In this document: piece after piece, positions 50,890 through 64,000 of the stretch
How positions within the stretch are numbered: position 1 is the stretch's first letter
Layout: every line of letters begins with the position of its first letter
DNA from: Halocafeteria seosinensis
Lineage: Eukaryota
NCBI GenBank assembly: GCA_001687465.1
Contig: LVLI01000522.1
Coordinates: 1 to 64,000 of the forward strand
Direction: 5' to 3'
Length of the DNA stretch: 64,000 nt
Notes under the pieces: model-generated
The model's input: the letters and a program-made list of their open reading frames with translations, nothing else
Databases searched by the model: none
Told to the model about the DNA's origin: nothing
Position numbers and translations under genes: made by a program

Positions 50890-51922
50890 ATGTCGTCTGC
50901 TAGCGAAGCGATAGATGCGGCAATTAAAGCCGCCGCAAAGGCTACCAACTGCACCAAGGTGCTGTGTGTCTCCCAGCCTCAGCAGGATTTTGTAAGGCCT
51001 CAAGACCACCCTGATCTCGAGATAGAAGCCTTGGATACCGAACAAGCAGGTATGTATCCATATTTGGTTGGGTGTTTGATATTATGGCAGCAAATCGAAT
51101 TTTTTCGAACGTTTTTTGTTCTGCAGCGTCATTGCTCAAAGACACGGAGGCGAAATATGCAGCTATTGTATCGAACGTCAACCTTGCAGCAGCAGCTCGG
51201 TTTACGTAAGTATTTGCCTGCTTGACATGAACTGAACTGAACCAAGGTTGCATTGGAAACCAAGATTCGTATGATACAGCCATGATGGAATGCTGAGTCT
51301 AGTCAACAAGGCTCTTGTTGCCAATGGGAAGTACATTCATTACGAAGGTTTTGCTAGCGCTGAAGGCGATGGTTCCCGTTCTGCGCGTTCCAGGGAAGAT
51401 GTAGAACTGGAGCTGCTCATGGCCGGTTTAACAGTTGATAAACAGAGCGGTGGACCGAACACAATTGTCTCGGGAAAGCCTGGCTACGATGTTACGCAGA
51501 CGTCAGAGTTACCTACAGCAGCGAAGAGCAAGAACGACTCCAAGAAAGTATGGGCATCACTGGTTCAAGAGGACGTCAACAACACCGATGATGACTTAGA
51601 AGATGAAGATAATCTCTTGGACGAGAATGAACAGCTGCAATCCGCTTCCAACGCTGCTGGCGGCTGTGAAACAAAACCACGTGCTTGTGCAAATTGCACG
51701 TGTGGCCGAGCTGCAGAAGAAGCCAAAGCAGAACAACGCAAAATGACTAAAGAGGAATTGCTTCAGCAGTCATCTTCTTGCGGCAAATGCTATAAGGGGG
51801 ATGCCTTTCGATGTGCAAGTTGCCCATTCAAAGGCCAACCTGCCTTCAAGCCAGGAATGGGAGAACAAGTTCTTCTGGACCTGTCGATGGACGATACATC
51901 TGGGCCTGTGTTGACTGAATAA
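50890..51922 (+). CDS. DRE2: Anamorsin / Dre2 (cytosolic Fe-S assembly), 3 exons
   Basis: Acidic linker EDEDNLL and the Fe-S motifs [14 protein letters not shown] and [27 protein letters not shown]. Confidence 0.95.
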
Positions 51923-52633
51923 TTGCGCACGTGTTAGTGGTTGTCGTTTGGAAAAAGAATCTTACTATTGTGCGATATCAGTGAGCTTCATACGCTGCGT
52001 AGCCGTGTCTGCGCCATTTGAGCATTCATTCCTTGTTTGCACGCAATAGCGACAAATTCAACTTATGAAATTTGCGAACTGAATCGAGAACTGTGTCTTG
52101 TACCGCCGTCCCCCTTTTCTCTGCACTTCCCACTGATGGGTGTTGTAATTCCGCTCCTTTAACAACTTTCTGCGCTCTCGAATTTCACTTGGTAGGACAG
52201 GCAACGAACGTTTTCTTTAGAAGTTTGAGGGAGCAAATTGCTATTGTGTCTGCTGGGTCCAACTGTCACAGTATTGCACCCGGGAGGCGAAGGTACAACC
52301 CTCCCGCAGTAAAGCCACACATTACCTTATAGCTCCAGTGAAGTAGACGAAAAGTTTGTTAGCTTCATTGCTGACACAATCCAATGAGCTCATCCACGTC
52401 CATAGCTAAGGAGCAAAGGAAGACCACATTTCACGCGTATCGTTAATGCGTTCTTCGAAGGAGTTGCCAGCTTCTTTACGGCTGTAGGGGAAGAGGGCAG
52501 CTAGTAGAGGCTGTCAAAACTCCAGTGTTCTCGGTGATCGTTGGAAGGGCTCCTGCACATACATGTCTTCTCCCACGAGTATATAGGGCATTTATTTAGT
52601 GTATTTTAGTTTTTCACTGGGAAATCACGTACG

Positions 52634-53731
52634 ATGTCGTCGTCGTCCAAATCTGAGCAGCAACCGCAGCAGAATGCTTCTGGAGGCACCAAGAAGCCTG
52701 CCAAAACCGTGCCTCCTTACATCAAGAGTACGTGTATCAGTCATGATAGGAATCCATCCATGTGGCTTGATTATTCACATTGCTCCTTGGCTGATACTGC
52801 AGTGGTAGCTGGAATGGTAGGAGGCGTAGCCGAAGCGTGCTGTCTCCAACCCTTAGATGTGGCCAAAACGAGATTACAATTGGATAGAACTGCACATTAT
52901 AGAGGCCTCATGCATTGTACCAAGACCATTGCCAAGGAGGAAGGGATCAAGGCTCTGTACAAAGGTCTCTCACCGTTCGTCACTCATTTAACACTCAAAT
53001 ACGCCTTAAGATTCGGATCGTTTGGATGGTTCAAAAAAGTACTGCATAAGGCGACGGGGGCTCAAGAAGGAACTGTAAACTTTACGGTACGTCGTGGGAG
53101 AGAGTCGAATAACAGTCTTTGGTCGTAAATGTCTAGCTCGTTTCACTAACTATGTATACAGGCTGGGTTGCTATCGGGAATGACAGAAGCAGTTATTATT
53201 GTAACTCCCTTCGAGGTCGTCAAGACACGCTTGCAGCAGCAGCGAGGGTTCAAGGAGATCCGTTACAAAGGTCCCGTGCACTGCGCGCTCACCATGATTA
53301 AAGAAGAAAAAGTTACTTCACTGTGGAACGGATGTGTCCCAACAATGCTCCGCCAAGGGACTAATCAGGCGTTCAATTTCATGGGCTATGCATTCTTACA
53401 AAGACACGTCTTCGGCAAAGTTGATGGAGATGCTAAAGCACAGGCACCATGGAAACCGTTCCTTGTAGGGCTTATTGCCAGTACAATTGGCCCTCTAATG
53501 AATTGTCCTCTTGATGTTTGTAAGACTCGTTTGATGGCTCAAGACAACCGCGGAGAACGGTATTATAAAGGCTGGATAGACTGTGGTAAGAAAGTAGCCA
53601 AGGAGGAAGGTGTCACAGCTCTCTGGAAAGGAATTGGTCCTCGACTGGCACGTTTAGCTCCGGGACAAGCTATCACATGGACTGTGGTAAGCAACGTCCA
53701 AACATGGTTCGAGAAGAGAATCAACATGTGA
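52634..53731 (+). CDS. SFC1: Mitochondrial carrier, succinate/fumarate transporter type, 3 exons
   Basis: PPYIK...EACCLQPLDVAKTRLQLD, THLTLKYALR.G, IVTPFEVVKTRLQQQ, RQGTNQA, P.DV.KTRLMAQ, R.APGQAI.W.V. Confidence 0.9.
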
Positions 53732-53779
53732 GATGCACGGATTCCAAGGTTTCCTCAACAGATGTCGTCTGTCCAGCTC

Positions 53780-55642
53780 TCAGGCAAACGGGTTCCCTTT
53801 CTTAGTCGAAGGTTGAGCAAACGGATTGCCTTTCTTCGAAGCTGGCGGTGGCGGCGGAGAACGCGTTGTGCTTCCGTTTTCTCTACCAGTAGTACTCTCT
53901 CCTTCACTATCTACCACGTCTCCTGCCGTCGATTTGCTCTTAGACTTAATCAAGTTTCCTAGCCCATTCTCTTCTAAAATCAACCGTAGCCGCTTCACTT
54001 CCTTAACAAGCTTCCTTTTATGAGACTTTAACTCTTTGATCTCTTCGGAAGCACTGGTGTCTTCCTGTTGCTCGCGCAACATCTGTTCTTTGTTTTCGTA
54101 GGCTTCTCGGTAATGATCCCTCTGCTGTATGGCCTCATTTAGTTCACTGTCGCGATTTCGTAATTGAAATTTAAGTCGGGACACTTCGGCCTTCAGCTGC
54201 GCGACAGTATCGTCCGCCTTAGCCTCAGAAACTTGAGCCCGGATTTCCTTCTCGAATTGGGAGTTAAGTTCCTCCAATTGGTTCTTATATGATGCAGCCT
54301 GGGATCGAGATTCAGAAAGTGCTTTTTCCGTTTCTTTAAGTTTATTGTCTAATAGTTTGAGAACCTGCCGATCGCTCTTCGTCTGCTCCTTTGCACTGTC
54401 AGCTTCTTCTTTGGCCTTTGCTGCTTTTGCCTCTGCTTCATCTCGCTGCTCTACAAGGTACTTCTTTACTTGGTCGACTGTCTTCAATTTCTGATCCAGA
54501 TCTTCGATTTGTGCTCTTGCTTTTGCCAATTCAGAGTCCAACTGTCGCATATGTGCGAGCCACCTTGACGCCTCCTTTGCGTCAATGCCTTGATTCCTGG
54601 ACACGCCGAAGAGCCCACTACCAGACTTCTTCTTCAGTGCTGCCATAGGGGTTTGTTGTTGTTGCTGTTGGTGATGATGTTCATGTTCACCACTATGCAC
54701 ACTGGCGGACTCTTCTGTATCCCGACTGTGCCGTGATCTGTTGGCTCCACGGGGTGAACTCGCCGGTCCCTGAGGAGTGAGAATGCGCCTCTGGGAGCTG
54801 GATTGCACATTTTCTAAAGCCAGACCGGATCCAAGGCCACCTTGAGGAGAAGGAGACGGAGTTCCATGATACCTTGATGTGTCCTGGCCTCTAGCAAATC
54901 TAACACCCTGAAGATGACACGATATCGATGGTCATTATCTAACACTACAGGGTATACCGGAACCGTGACTGACTTACCTTGGGGAAATGTTTACCAATAA
55001 TTGCATCTAATCTCGAATACATGCACGAGCTAGTCGACGCTAACGCTACCCATCCAGGTTTATGCAGAAATTTCAATATATGTACCACTACTTTTGCGGG
55101 AAGATGGAACCAATGCTGTTCTCCTGAGGGACGCTGTTGGCGTATCCTTCGCGCCTGAACTTCCAGTTGATGATTTTGGTCCTTCACTTGGCGATTTAAG
55201 TTCTGTACGGTCTCATGCTGTTGCAACACTCTTTGCCGCAGTTGCTCGGCCACTTCTTCTAACCTGTACGAACGCGGAATCGAAAGGGGATTTCTTACAT
55301 GTTTTTGGATTCCATACAATATACGCAATGCAATGCATCCGCTTACTTTTTCTTGATCTCGATTTCACGTGCTGCGCACCATAGCTGGCTTTCTAGTTCG
55401 AATCTGAGTTGCTCTGACCCTTTTACAAATTTCGCGTATTGTAGCTGTAAATCGGAATGTTTCTGTCGAAGATCCCGGACCGAGTCCTTGAGGGAACTCG
55501 ACGTCAAGGAATGCTGATCCAACTCCTGCTGCAGTGCTTTCTTTTCAGCGTCATGGGCGACATCCAGCACTAGTTCGCGCACCATAGAGTAGGTCTCCAC
55601 GCGCCGAACAGCCTGGCGTGCTTGATACGCCACGGGCTCCAT
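53780..55642 (-). CDS. Coiled-coil protein with an F-box-like motif and two C-terminal NPF motifs, spliced
   Basis: WFHLPAKVVVHILKFL...LASTSSCMY (F-box-like), a long coiled coil, and the C-terminus PPPPASKKGNPFAQPSTKKGNPFA. Confidence 0.65.
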
Positions 55643-56018
55643 GGTAAAAGCTCGAAGAAACACAAGGGAAAGGGGCCGAAAAATGACGTGTCCTGTATGG
55701 TCTCCTACTCCATGGGGGTTGGTTCAGGTTACACAGGTAGGCAACAAGGGAAAACAGAGTCAAAAAAAAAATCGACAATACGCACGCTTGCATCGTGGCT
55801 GGGGCATAGGGAACTCTCGCCGCTACTTCCGCAGTGAGAATACGGTTGAAATTGAAGGACACCCCTTCCCACCACGATGGAGGTGTGCAATTTACCCTAT
55901 GTAAGAAGCCAAAGCTGGTAAATTTGCTGGTCGTATTCATTGGACGGTAAAATAAAGTGCGTGTGTTTGTGTGTTCATAACGAGGGGAGGGGGAAACAGG
56001 AATGCTATACGCCAAGTT

Positions 56019-58156
56019 TTAGCGGCAGCGGCGACAGCTACATGAGAATCCATACCTACCTTCCAACTCCTCTTTCCTCTCCTCTTTCGAGGCGTCTGGA
56101 TTCACATAGGATATTGTCAAGGGTTCATCTTTGCGTATAAAGCGGTCAGTCGTGAAGATAAACCTGGATCCTCGTTCCCCTTTGGTCCGCGCATCGACGT
56201 TCGGATCACACGAGTGATTGAAAAAGGTGCCCGCTCGTGGAAGTGCCATTGTGTGCGTTTTCGAGCCAGCAGTCTTCGGAAGACAAGATGCAGGCTCGAC
56301 AACCATGACATTTTGGAGAATAATTGTGTAGAGTTGCAGAAAGCATCGGAAACTGAAAAGGGGGTGTCCTCCGAATTGAGAAGTCAAGAGTTGAGCTTGT
56401 TCTTTCGTTAAAGGAGGGTCATCATATTCAGTTTCCTCTGGAATATGCATTGCTGAATCATAAGTCTCTAATGCATTGATGATAGACTCGTAGGTGTTCT
56501 GAAATGCTGATCCGTTTAGGTGTCTTTCAGCTATGTTTGCCCTGTCGGACATACGGTCTCTTGCATAGGCAGAGAGTATTGGAATAGTGCGAAGCCAGTC
56601 CCGCTGCACATGACCAAATTTCTGTATATCTTCTTCATTACTGGTACTGTCCATTCGGACTGCTGGATCACTGAGGAGAACATTTTCGTCCGAATTGAGG
56701 AGACTATTTAAATTATGTTGGGCCATGTATCCAAGTAACTTGAAGGCCAAAACCGGGAATCGAGACGATATCGTGTAACCGTTCTTGCATGCATGCTCCA
56801 CTAACTTACCCGTACCATTATGCCGCCCACACAGAACCTTGTGGTACGTCTTCCATGCTCGGAGTCGGCATTGGTTACTGCAGTATCGCGCGTGTCGACA
56901 GATACTGCAAGTCACCGATGTCCCCGCAGATTGAAATGAGCGCATACAAAAATCACAAAGCAGTCCGGGATACGTCGTGACCGACAAAAAAGGCACTTCG
57001 ATATGCAATACCTGGTTTATGGGGACGTCACGAGCGGCCCTAAAATGTATTCCATTCTCTTCATCCATACTGAGCTTGATGTTCGCTGCTATGTGACAAA
57101 AATATCCTGTTGAACCGCTCTCTTCTTGGACGATGGCGAATCGATCTTCGAGGGGCATGTGAAGTTCCGGAGGCACAACAACACTCTGTGTATACATTTT
57201 TACCCATTCCTGACATACTTCTCTAGGCAGCACAGGTTTAGACTTTCGCAACGAGTCTTCCTTTTTCTTCCGTTTGGCACTCAGTTTGTAGTGGTCTACA
57301 AGCCCCTGACGTAGCACTGAGACCAGTGCCAGTACTGATTCCTTTGTTTCGACATCATCGGTATCCCAGTCTTTCGCCTGTTGGTACATTGTCTCCACGA
57401 TTGGAGAAACATGAGGATATGCTTTTAAGATTTTCCCCTTCTTGTTGTTGAGTAGCTCGACAATTTCATCCAAGGGTTTCTTAACAAACTTGTAGGCTTC
57501 CTCGAAGACGGCGTATCGAGCGCTGTATAAGACCCCGTAGATTCCCGTCGATGCAATATCCAGTGCTTCCGAACAATTGTACAATGCGAGAGCCACTCGG
57601 CTGCAGCTAAGGTACGCAGGAATAAAGTTGCGGTTCAATGCAAAGCATCTCCGCGTGCAGTAATAGGCATCATACAAGGCCTGAATGGCCTTGGTCGTCT
57701 CGCGTTTCAGGTGTCCAGTTGTGGGGTCGACGAATTCATGGTAGACGATATGAGCTCGACGATTCAGCGCTCGAATGTCCTTGCCTTTCGTACCACATAT
57801 GGCAGCCGTATAAAAGGCCCAGGCGGTATCAAAATCCTTGTCCGTATCCCACGCTAAATCAGCTTTCCCCCTCCATTCCGCTGTCTCAGGGGAATCCTTT
57901 TCGATGGTTTTTCTCACATCTTGAGCTTTCGAAGAGCTCAATACAGCCGACGCCACAGCGGAGGCATTCTCTGGGTTATCAATTCCGAAAGCATCAGCGA
58001 GCAATGCCGTACATCTGTGTATAATACGGAGAAATAAAGCTTTGGATTCCTCTGCTTCCAGAACCAGAGGAATTCATACCTTTCCAAGCTTTCATCGTCC
58101 AAATTGGTCAATGCACGGCCCGTTTGACTCCTGCTACCACTCGATGAACTCGCCAT
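56019..58156 (-). CDS. SET and MYND domain lysine methyltransferase (SMYD-like) with a TPR-like N-terminal region, 2 exons
   Basis: GIHFRAARD...E.PF, MYND finger CDFC...CSIC....YCS.QC...AW..YH...C, FFNHSCDPN, I..DEPLTISY, and post-SET YGFSCSCRRC. Confidence 0.92.
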
Positions 58157-58451
58157 TTTGGATATCTGTGTTGGTATACCACTGACAACGACCGCAAATA
58201 CGACAAATTGACACCTTCGGAGTCCTGGTTGTTGAAGTTGCGCAGTAGCCTAGGCGCTCGGCCTTCATACAGTACAATAGGGTGGATTGATTCTTCGGGA
58301 AAAGTTACGATGGTATAATATGTGTCCTTATGGTTTATTCAAACATTAAAAATGAAATGAAAAAGTGCCGGAAATAAGTGAAAATGGAGAGGAACTGATA
58401 TCAAACACTTCGGGAAAGGGATGTACACCTCCATAATGAAACCTACACGAT

Positions 58452-60509
58452 CTATAGAACTTGTCTATCACTACCACTACCACCTGGTCTACCACCACCT
58501 CTTCCTCCCCGATGGCCACCGCGGCCTCCGCCACCACTGGGACCCTTCTCGACTTTTAAACCGGGGGTGCCTCGAAGCCCCATTTTCCCCACAGTTTTGG
58601 CTTGGATAGAAGGTGTTTCAGATAGCCCAATCAATTTAGCAAAATTCGCAGCCTGCCGAACTAGTTCTTCTTTGGACCAACCGGTTATCTTGGAGGAAGA
58701 ATTGTACAACCCGAGCCAAGCAATGTACGCCTTGGACGCGGAATCCTTAAGCTCCCGGTTGCGTTCCAAAGAAGCGATGGCGTTGTTCACTTGGCGTTCC
58801 ACTTCGGCTCCTTGGGTAAAGTCGATCTTTGATTCAAGTGGCTTCTCAGGAAGCATATCGCTTAATGATTTTTGTACCTTCTGCTCGAAAGGCGCCAGAA
58901 TCAACATGCCTTTTCCACCTGCTCCAGCACGAGCGGTTCGACCAAGTCTATGAATGTACTGTTCACGAGTCGTTTGCCCCACTTGAAGCACAGCTGTTAC
59001 CCCGGGATAATCAACACCACGCGCAGATACGTCACTTGAGAAAAGAATGAGCCCTCCGCTAGACGTCCGAAACTCCTCGGCTACCTTCGTACGCTTCGCT
59101 TGGCTCATCCGTGAGTGAATTTGTAGCACTCCTTTTACTCCCGCCGCTTCAAAAAGGTCAGCCACGAATCCACAGTGACGGGCGGTTGCGAAGAAAACCA
59201 TAACCTGGAAGAAATTTTCAACCAACCAGTGATCAAGCAATTTCAACAATGCAGCATACTACCACAGCTCGCTCACTCACCTTATAATTCGGCACCTTCA
59301 TTTGACAACCAATATACCTGGCCACGGTGGACAGCTGGTCTTCCATAGGCACCACAATCCAGTTCTGTTGGACGTGGTCATGGACTTCATTGTCATCACC
59401 GACACAATTTACAAATTTGTGAGTCTTCTGAGTGAATGCTAAATGAACGACTTCATGGAGTTGCTCGGGAACTGTCGCGGAAAAAAGCAAGGTTTGACGT
59501 TTTGAGGGCAGATAACTCAGAATGGCTTTGATATCAGGCTGAAAGCCCATGTCCAGCATCCTGTCAGCTTCGTCCAAGACAAGAACAGAGAGTCCACCAC
59601 CAGGGGCGTTTTGGAGAAACTTTTCTTTAAAACCGGGTGTGCTTTCTAGATGATCTTTACATCTTCCTGGTGTCGCCACTACAATGTCTGCTCCAGCATT
59701 GAGTCGTTTCCTGTCACCTCCAATGTTAGTCCCGCCGACTACACAAACAACATTTAGACGTCTATGTTTACTAGTTAGCTTCAGGGCCTCATCGCATATT
59801 TGCTGAGCCAATTCCCTTGTAGGTGCTACGACCAAGCAACCGATTCCCTTCCTGTCCGTAACCTTGCATAACTTTTCAACTACCGGGATCAAGAACGCAA
59901 GAGTCTTACCGGTTCCTGTTTTCGCCTTGGCGAGCACATCAGCTGCCACATTGCAAAGTTCATAGCAGTTACGTTCGCTCGATGCATATCGAAAACGTGA
60001 ACCCAGTACTTACCTCCAGTCAATGCAATCGGCAACGCTGCTTCTTGCACTGCTGTCATTGATGCATATCCAAACACATCTCGAAGCGCCTCGTTTGTGG
60101 GAGCTGAGAGTTTCAGGTAACTAAACAGTCCCTTGGTCATAAACTGTTCCGGTACAGAATGGGCGCTTTGTTTTCCGTTTGTAACAGACGGTGGGGCTGC
60201 GTCGGTCACTTTGGTGGGTGTTGAAGAATATCCCGTTCCATGATCTGGCGCAGCTGCAGGTGGATTGGCTCCGCGGCCATCAGCAGGAGGCACTCTTGCA
60301 TTCTTCGGGGCTTTGCGGGTCAGGGTGTCCAATGTAGTAAGCTGGCGGGTGCTTGTATCAAGCACTGATTTGACGGCATTTACAGCACCATCGGGTCCTT
60401 TCTGATGCTTGGGACGCTTCAAGAATGTCTCACATTGGGCCTTGACGCTTTGCAATGACTCGGAAATTTGTCCCAAGTGGGAAATGGGATCCAGAGAAGC
60501 TGAATCCAT
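58452..60509 (-). CDS. DEAD-box RNA helicase (Mss116/RH25-26-31-like) with an RGG tail, 3 exons
   Basis: Q motif GY..MT.VQ, AKTGTGKT, PTRELA, TPGR, LDEADRML, SAT, SARGVDYP, HRLGRTAR, AY.AWLG.Y. Confidence 0.93.
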
Positions 60510-61249
60510 ACTGTCTTTATCTATCTATCTATCGACAAATGAACACCCCAGGAAAACTAGTACTCATCAAAACACGGTCCTATTATCACTGTAATACAAC
60601 CGCCAAAAACACCAGGAGAGTCACTGAAGTTGAAGTCTCCATCCAGAAAAGTTGGCAGCGTGCGGAAAATGAACTGCAACATTTGTTTGTCGCTTTGCTT
60701 TTATCTAGTCAGAGGCATAAAGACATTTCAAGCCCTTTTTCGCCATGGTATTGTGCCTCATTAAAGATATTTTCACCATGAATGCACTCTTTGTTCACAA
60801 TATTTACGATAAAGGTTAATGGAACGGGCACATAGGTCGTCGATCAAGTGATATCCCCCTAAAACAAACTCGTGCGAGAATCTTTTTCTTGAAAAAGGAA
60901 GCCATTGCACGGATAAACGCGCCGAATTAGTTGGATCATCTACAGTATCGGCTCATTGCGCGGCGGAGATTCGGCAACTCGGTTGACTGCCTCGCACACT
61001 CGGGCACACACACGCAGAAACCTGTTGGACTTGCTGAGAATCGCTGGCAAGGCGAAAAGCCCAAGTTACAGCTGGGATACATGGAATTCGTGTCTGGACC
61101 TGCACATAACTGGTACAGCTTCGGTCCGGTCTCTCCCAGTGGATAAAGGAGAGCAAGTTGCCCACGGATAGCTGTCGGTTGCGTCCAAGAGGGGAGCGTG
61201 GCACTCGAGACTTTTTGGCACTGCCTACCTAGGAAACCAGATAGAAGCG

Positions 61250-64000
61250 ATGTCTTCCGAAGCGTGGAACTGTGCGAAATGCACTTTCACGAACGATCCC
61301 TCTGACGAGCACTGCGCAATGTGCGAAAATCCTCGGGACGACGAGACTACTCCGTTTCCCAGCGGTGAAGATACCAGCATCCCCGTAGCGTTTTCTCCCA
61401 ATCGCGATTCAAACATGTACCATGGTAATGAATCCAGGATAATGACGTCTCAGTCAGACTCCGATGAGTCTGCTACCGAATACAATATGCACAAAGAGTC
61501 GGATAACTCCCCTGGAAAACAAGAAAGGAGACCTCCACCCCCTGGATACAGCGAGCGTAAACGGTCTTCTAGTAACGAAGCTATATTCAATGACCACGAG
61601 ACAAGTGATGTAGAAAGTGGTGCGCAACGGCAAGTTCTATACGGTGAGGAAGAAGGAGATCAAGATCAAGGTGACCCGTGGGTTGCAGCTCAAGTGAAAT
61701 TTACTCAGGTTCAGGAAGAGCTCCTATGCCGCGAATACTTGTTCTTCGAGGTAAGAAATGTGACGCTCCATTTATTTATTTTTTTAAATGTACTTTTACG
61801 TGGACCCATTTCTATTCATATGCAGCCAGCCGATGAGGCGTTTGAGGCAATGGCAACCTACTACGATCGGGAAGAAACCTTCGACTTTGCCGATGCTGTG
61901 TTACTTAAGGCCGTCCGGATCTTAGTGAAGCAGTCCCGGCAGCAAGCAAGATTTCGTCAGCATACAGCGAATGCATTAGGACACGCGACCATGTTCACAA
62001 GCAGACGCCTTCAGATCGGCGATGTCACATTCATTAGTACTCTGTCGATAATTTTGAATCCGAAGTATCCTTTCTGGCAAGACACAGTACGTGGACTATG
62101 GCTCTCGATCCTGAGACAGTACATGCAATGTTGTTCGTTACAGGTCATCTATACTTCCTCGCCAAATACGTACTATTTTGAGACGCTGCGCACATTCGTG
62201 TGTGAAGGACTGCCTCCTTTGTGCAGTATCGCGGCTAAATATGTTGAACAGAATATTTGGCCGGGTTCTACGTTTGCTGAGGAACTGTTCGAAGTTTTCA
62301 ATTGCGTACGTAGTCTCTCTGATTTGGTGTGTTTTATTTGAGTTCTAGACGTCAGGTGCCTACAGTTGTTGATAGTTTTGAAAAACTATGATGAAGAAGT
62401 CTCTTGTTTGAGGACGGAGTACTTCGACCATGGATACCTTACACGGTTGATGCGTGATCTCCTCGTCATATGCGCGGAACTGAGCGAGGATCGGTTGAAG
62501 TCCGAAGATCCTGTAAGTTCTAAACAAGCTGTGTAGCTGCACGTAACTTTCCATTGGTTTTTTTTTTTTTTTTTCTTTGGATTACCCAGAAAACGCTTGT
62601 GAGCCTCACCGAACAAGTACTGAAGGAAAAGGCTATTAGTTTGGAGTTTTTTGATCGCTTTAAAATGTCTCTTGTCAAACGTATGCTTTTGTGTCAGAAC
62701 CTCGCAAAGCGTTTGTGGGCTCTGGATGAATTGAACCATCTCTCAAAGAACATAATTGTTAGTTGTTCAGACATGTCTTCCTCGGAGCTTCAATGAAAAT
62801 GCCATTTGGGTCGTTTTCCGCTGCAGAATAATGCTGCCTCACTATCCGAGGAAGATGTAATCAAAGGCATATCAGATCTGAAGGAGTGGCTGGAGGGCTC
62901 TACCATATCTATAATAGAGGAATTGGTCGGTCCTAAAATGCATGCCCAGTTAGTAGAAAGGAGCCTACCGTTGATTAGACGGTTCGCATATCATAACGCA
63001 ATTGCCCATCACGAGTTGAGAACGGTGTGGGACGCAGTTCTTAGAACCTATCATGGTACGGCTTCCGAGAGCGCTTCCTTACAAAGACTTTTCGTTACTA
63101 TCATTGAATCCGGGAAGGACGATGTAGTCACCGAAGGCTTCCGTTTATTGGAAGGGAGTCTGAACGGGTACTACAAGGAGAGTGTCTCCTCTCTGGCAAA
63201 ATTATTTGACAGTGTCCGTTTTTCAGGGCCTCACATTCCTAACAATGACGAACATTTGATTCATGTTAGGCTGGCGGATCTCTGTTGGAGTGTCCTTGTT
63301 CACAATGAAGCTCCTTCCCCAATGAATTTGAGGAACAAGGAGGTGGATACTAAAGCGAAGGGTATTGGAGGGAATGAACAGAAAAATGTGGACACGTGTA
63401 TGGATCTGTTGGTTCGGGTAATCGGCTCGCTAGCTTCAGAACATCGATGGTTCTGCATGGAGGAAGCTGCTAGCGATATGAACATAACGCTACTTGAACC
63501 GTTCATGCAGATTATTCACCGATGTTGCCAGATGTTTCAATCCTCATGTAGGGATTCCTATAAAGTTGTTCGATGTTTGTTCTTGTTGGAGAGCAGTCTC
63601 AAGTCAATGCAATGCCAATGCATTGCATTGACGGAAGGATGGCTCAAACCATCCGCAGTGTTGCTTCCTACAGAACAAAAGGGTGGCCTCCCGTTATTTC
63701 CCGGGGATCAAGGCTATAATGTTGACCGTGACTTCGTCCTTGCGGAATATAGGAGCCTGTATAATGTCGATACAATTGACGAAAATTTGTTTGCTAGGCT
63801 GTTGTCTGAGGTTGAAAGGCGTACCAAACTTTTTCAGTGCTTGATGGACGAAATGGAATCATATGTCCGCGAGAGAAGCCAGGTGGATGTATGCTTTTTG
63901 CGTCCGCGTCTTGGATTTCTTTATACTCTAATGCGCCACTGTAGTGATCTCACTTTCGGCAGTGAAAAGACAATTAGACTTTGGCAAGAAGGTCTTTCTA
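61250..64000 (+). CDS. Large protein with an N-terminal NZF/RanBP2 zinc finger and a USP9X/USP24/USP34-like helical N-terminal region; runs off the window end
   Basis: WNCAKCTFTNDPSDEHCAMC, then LEFFDRFKMSLVKRML...LAKRLWALDEL, EWL....IIEELVG..MH.QLVERS..LIR, RLGFL..L and LW. The catalytic domain is not in the window. Confidence 0.6.

Noticed and set aside
52240..52315. Possible U1/U2 snRNA fragment (TATTGCAC plus a gggagg/ccctccc hairpin)
   Set aside because: The diagnostic U1 5' end, the U2 branch-pairing sequence and an Sm site are all missing.
62558..62574. Poly-T run as a terminator or retroposon tail
   Set aside because: It lies inside a GT-AG intron of the USP-like gene and is best read as a pyrimidine tract or homopolymer.

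Overview
This is eukaryotic nuclear DNA from a gene-dense microbial eukaryote. A heterotrophic, stramenopile-like protist is my tentative guess; the sequence alone cannot prove it. The window holds about 28 protein-coding genes, most split by short (~55-130 nt) GT-AG introns, so the six-frame ORFs are mostly exons. Recognisable genes: TilS, CUEDC2-like, Mpv17/PMP22, CAF16-like ABC ATPase, Hook-like, eIF3g, MAPEG/MGST3, RPL8, ALYREF-like, GINS Psf1, RTEL1-like helicase, KDSR, DNA polymerase lambda, bacterial-type GlpF, kinesin-3, ankyrin-U-box, retinoblastoma-related, TRM61, SART3/Prp24, Dre2/anamorsin, SFC1, SMYD, a DEAD-box helicase and a partial USP9X/24/34-like protein. Three small islands (0-0.9 kb, 14.9-16.7 kb, 38.7-41.9 kb) carry non-LTR retrotransposon debris of CRE-like and RTE-like type. 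Most notable: (1) an intronless bacterial-type aquaglyceroporin, a candidate horizontal transfer; (2) an intronless Gly-rich beta-solenoid repeat membrane or secreted protein; (3) a 253-bp CRE-like insertion with an imperfect 13-bp target-site duplication, whose removal restores a membrane-protein reading frame; (4) three CHR (TTTGAA) motifs in the Psf1/RTEL1 bidirectional promoter; (5) a probable GC-AG intron in Pol lambda. I recognised no rRNA, tRNA or CRISPR array. I found no single clearly novel multi-gene system. All calls come from reading motifs by eye, without database searches.
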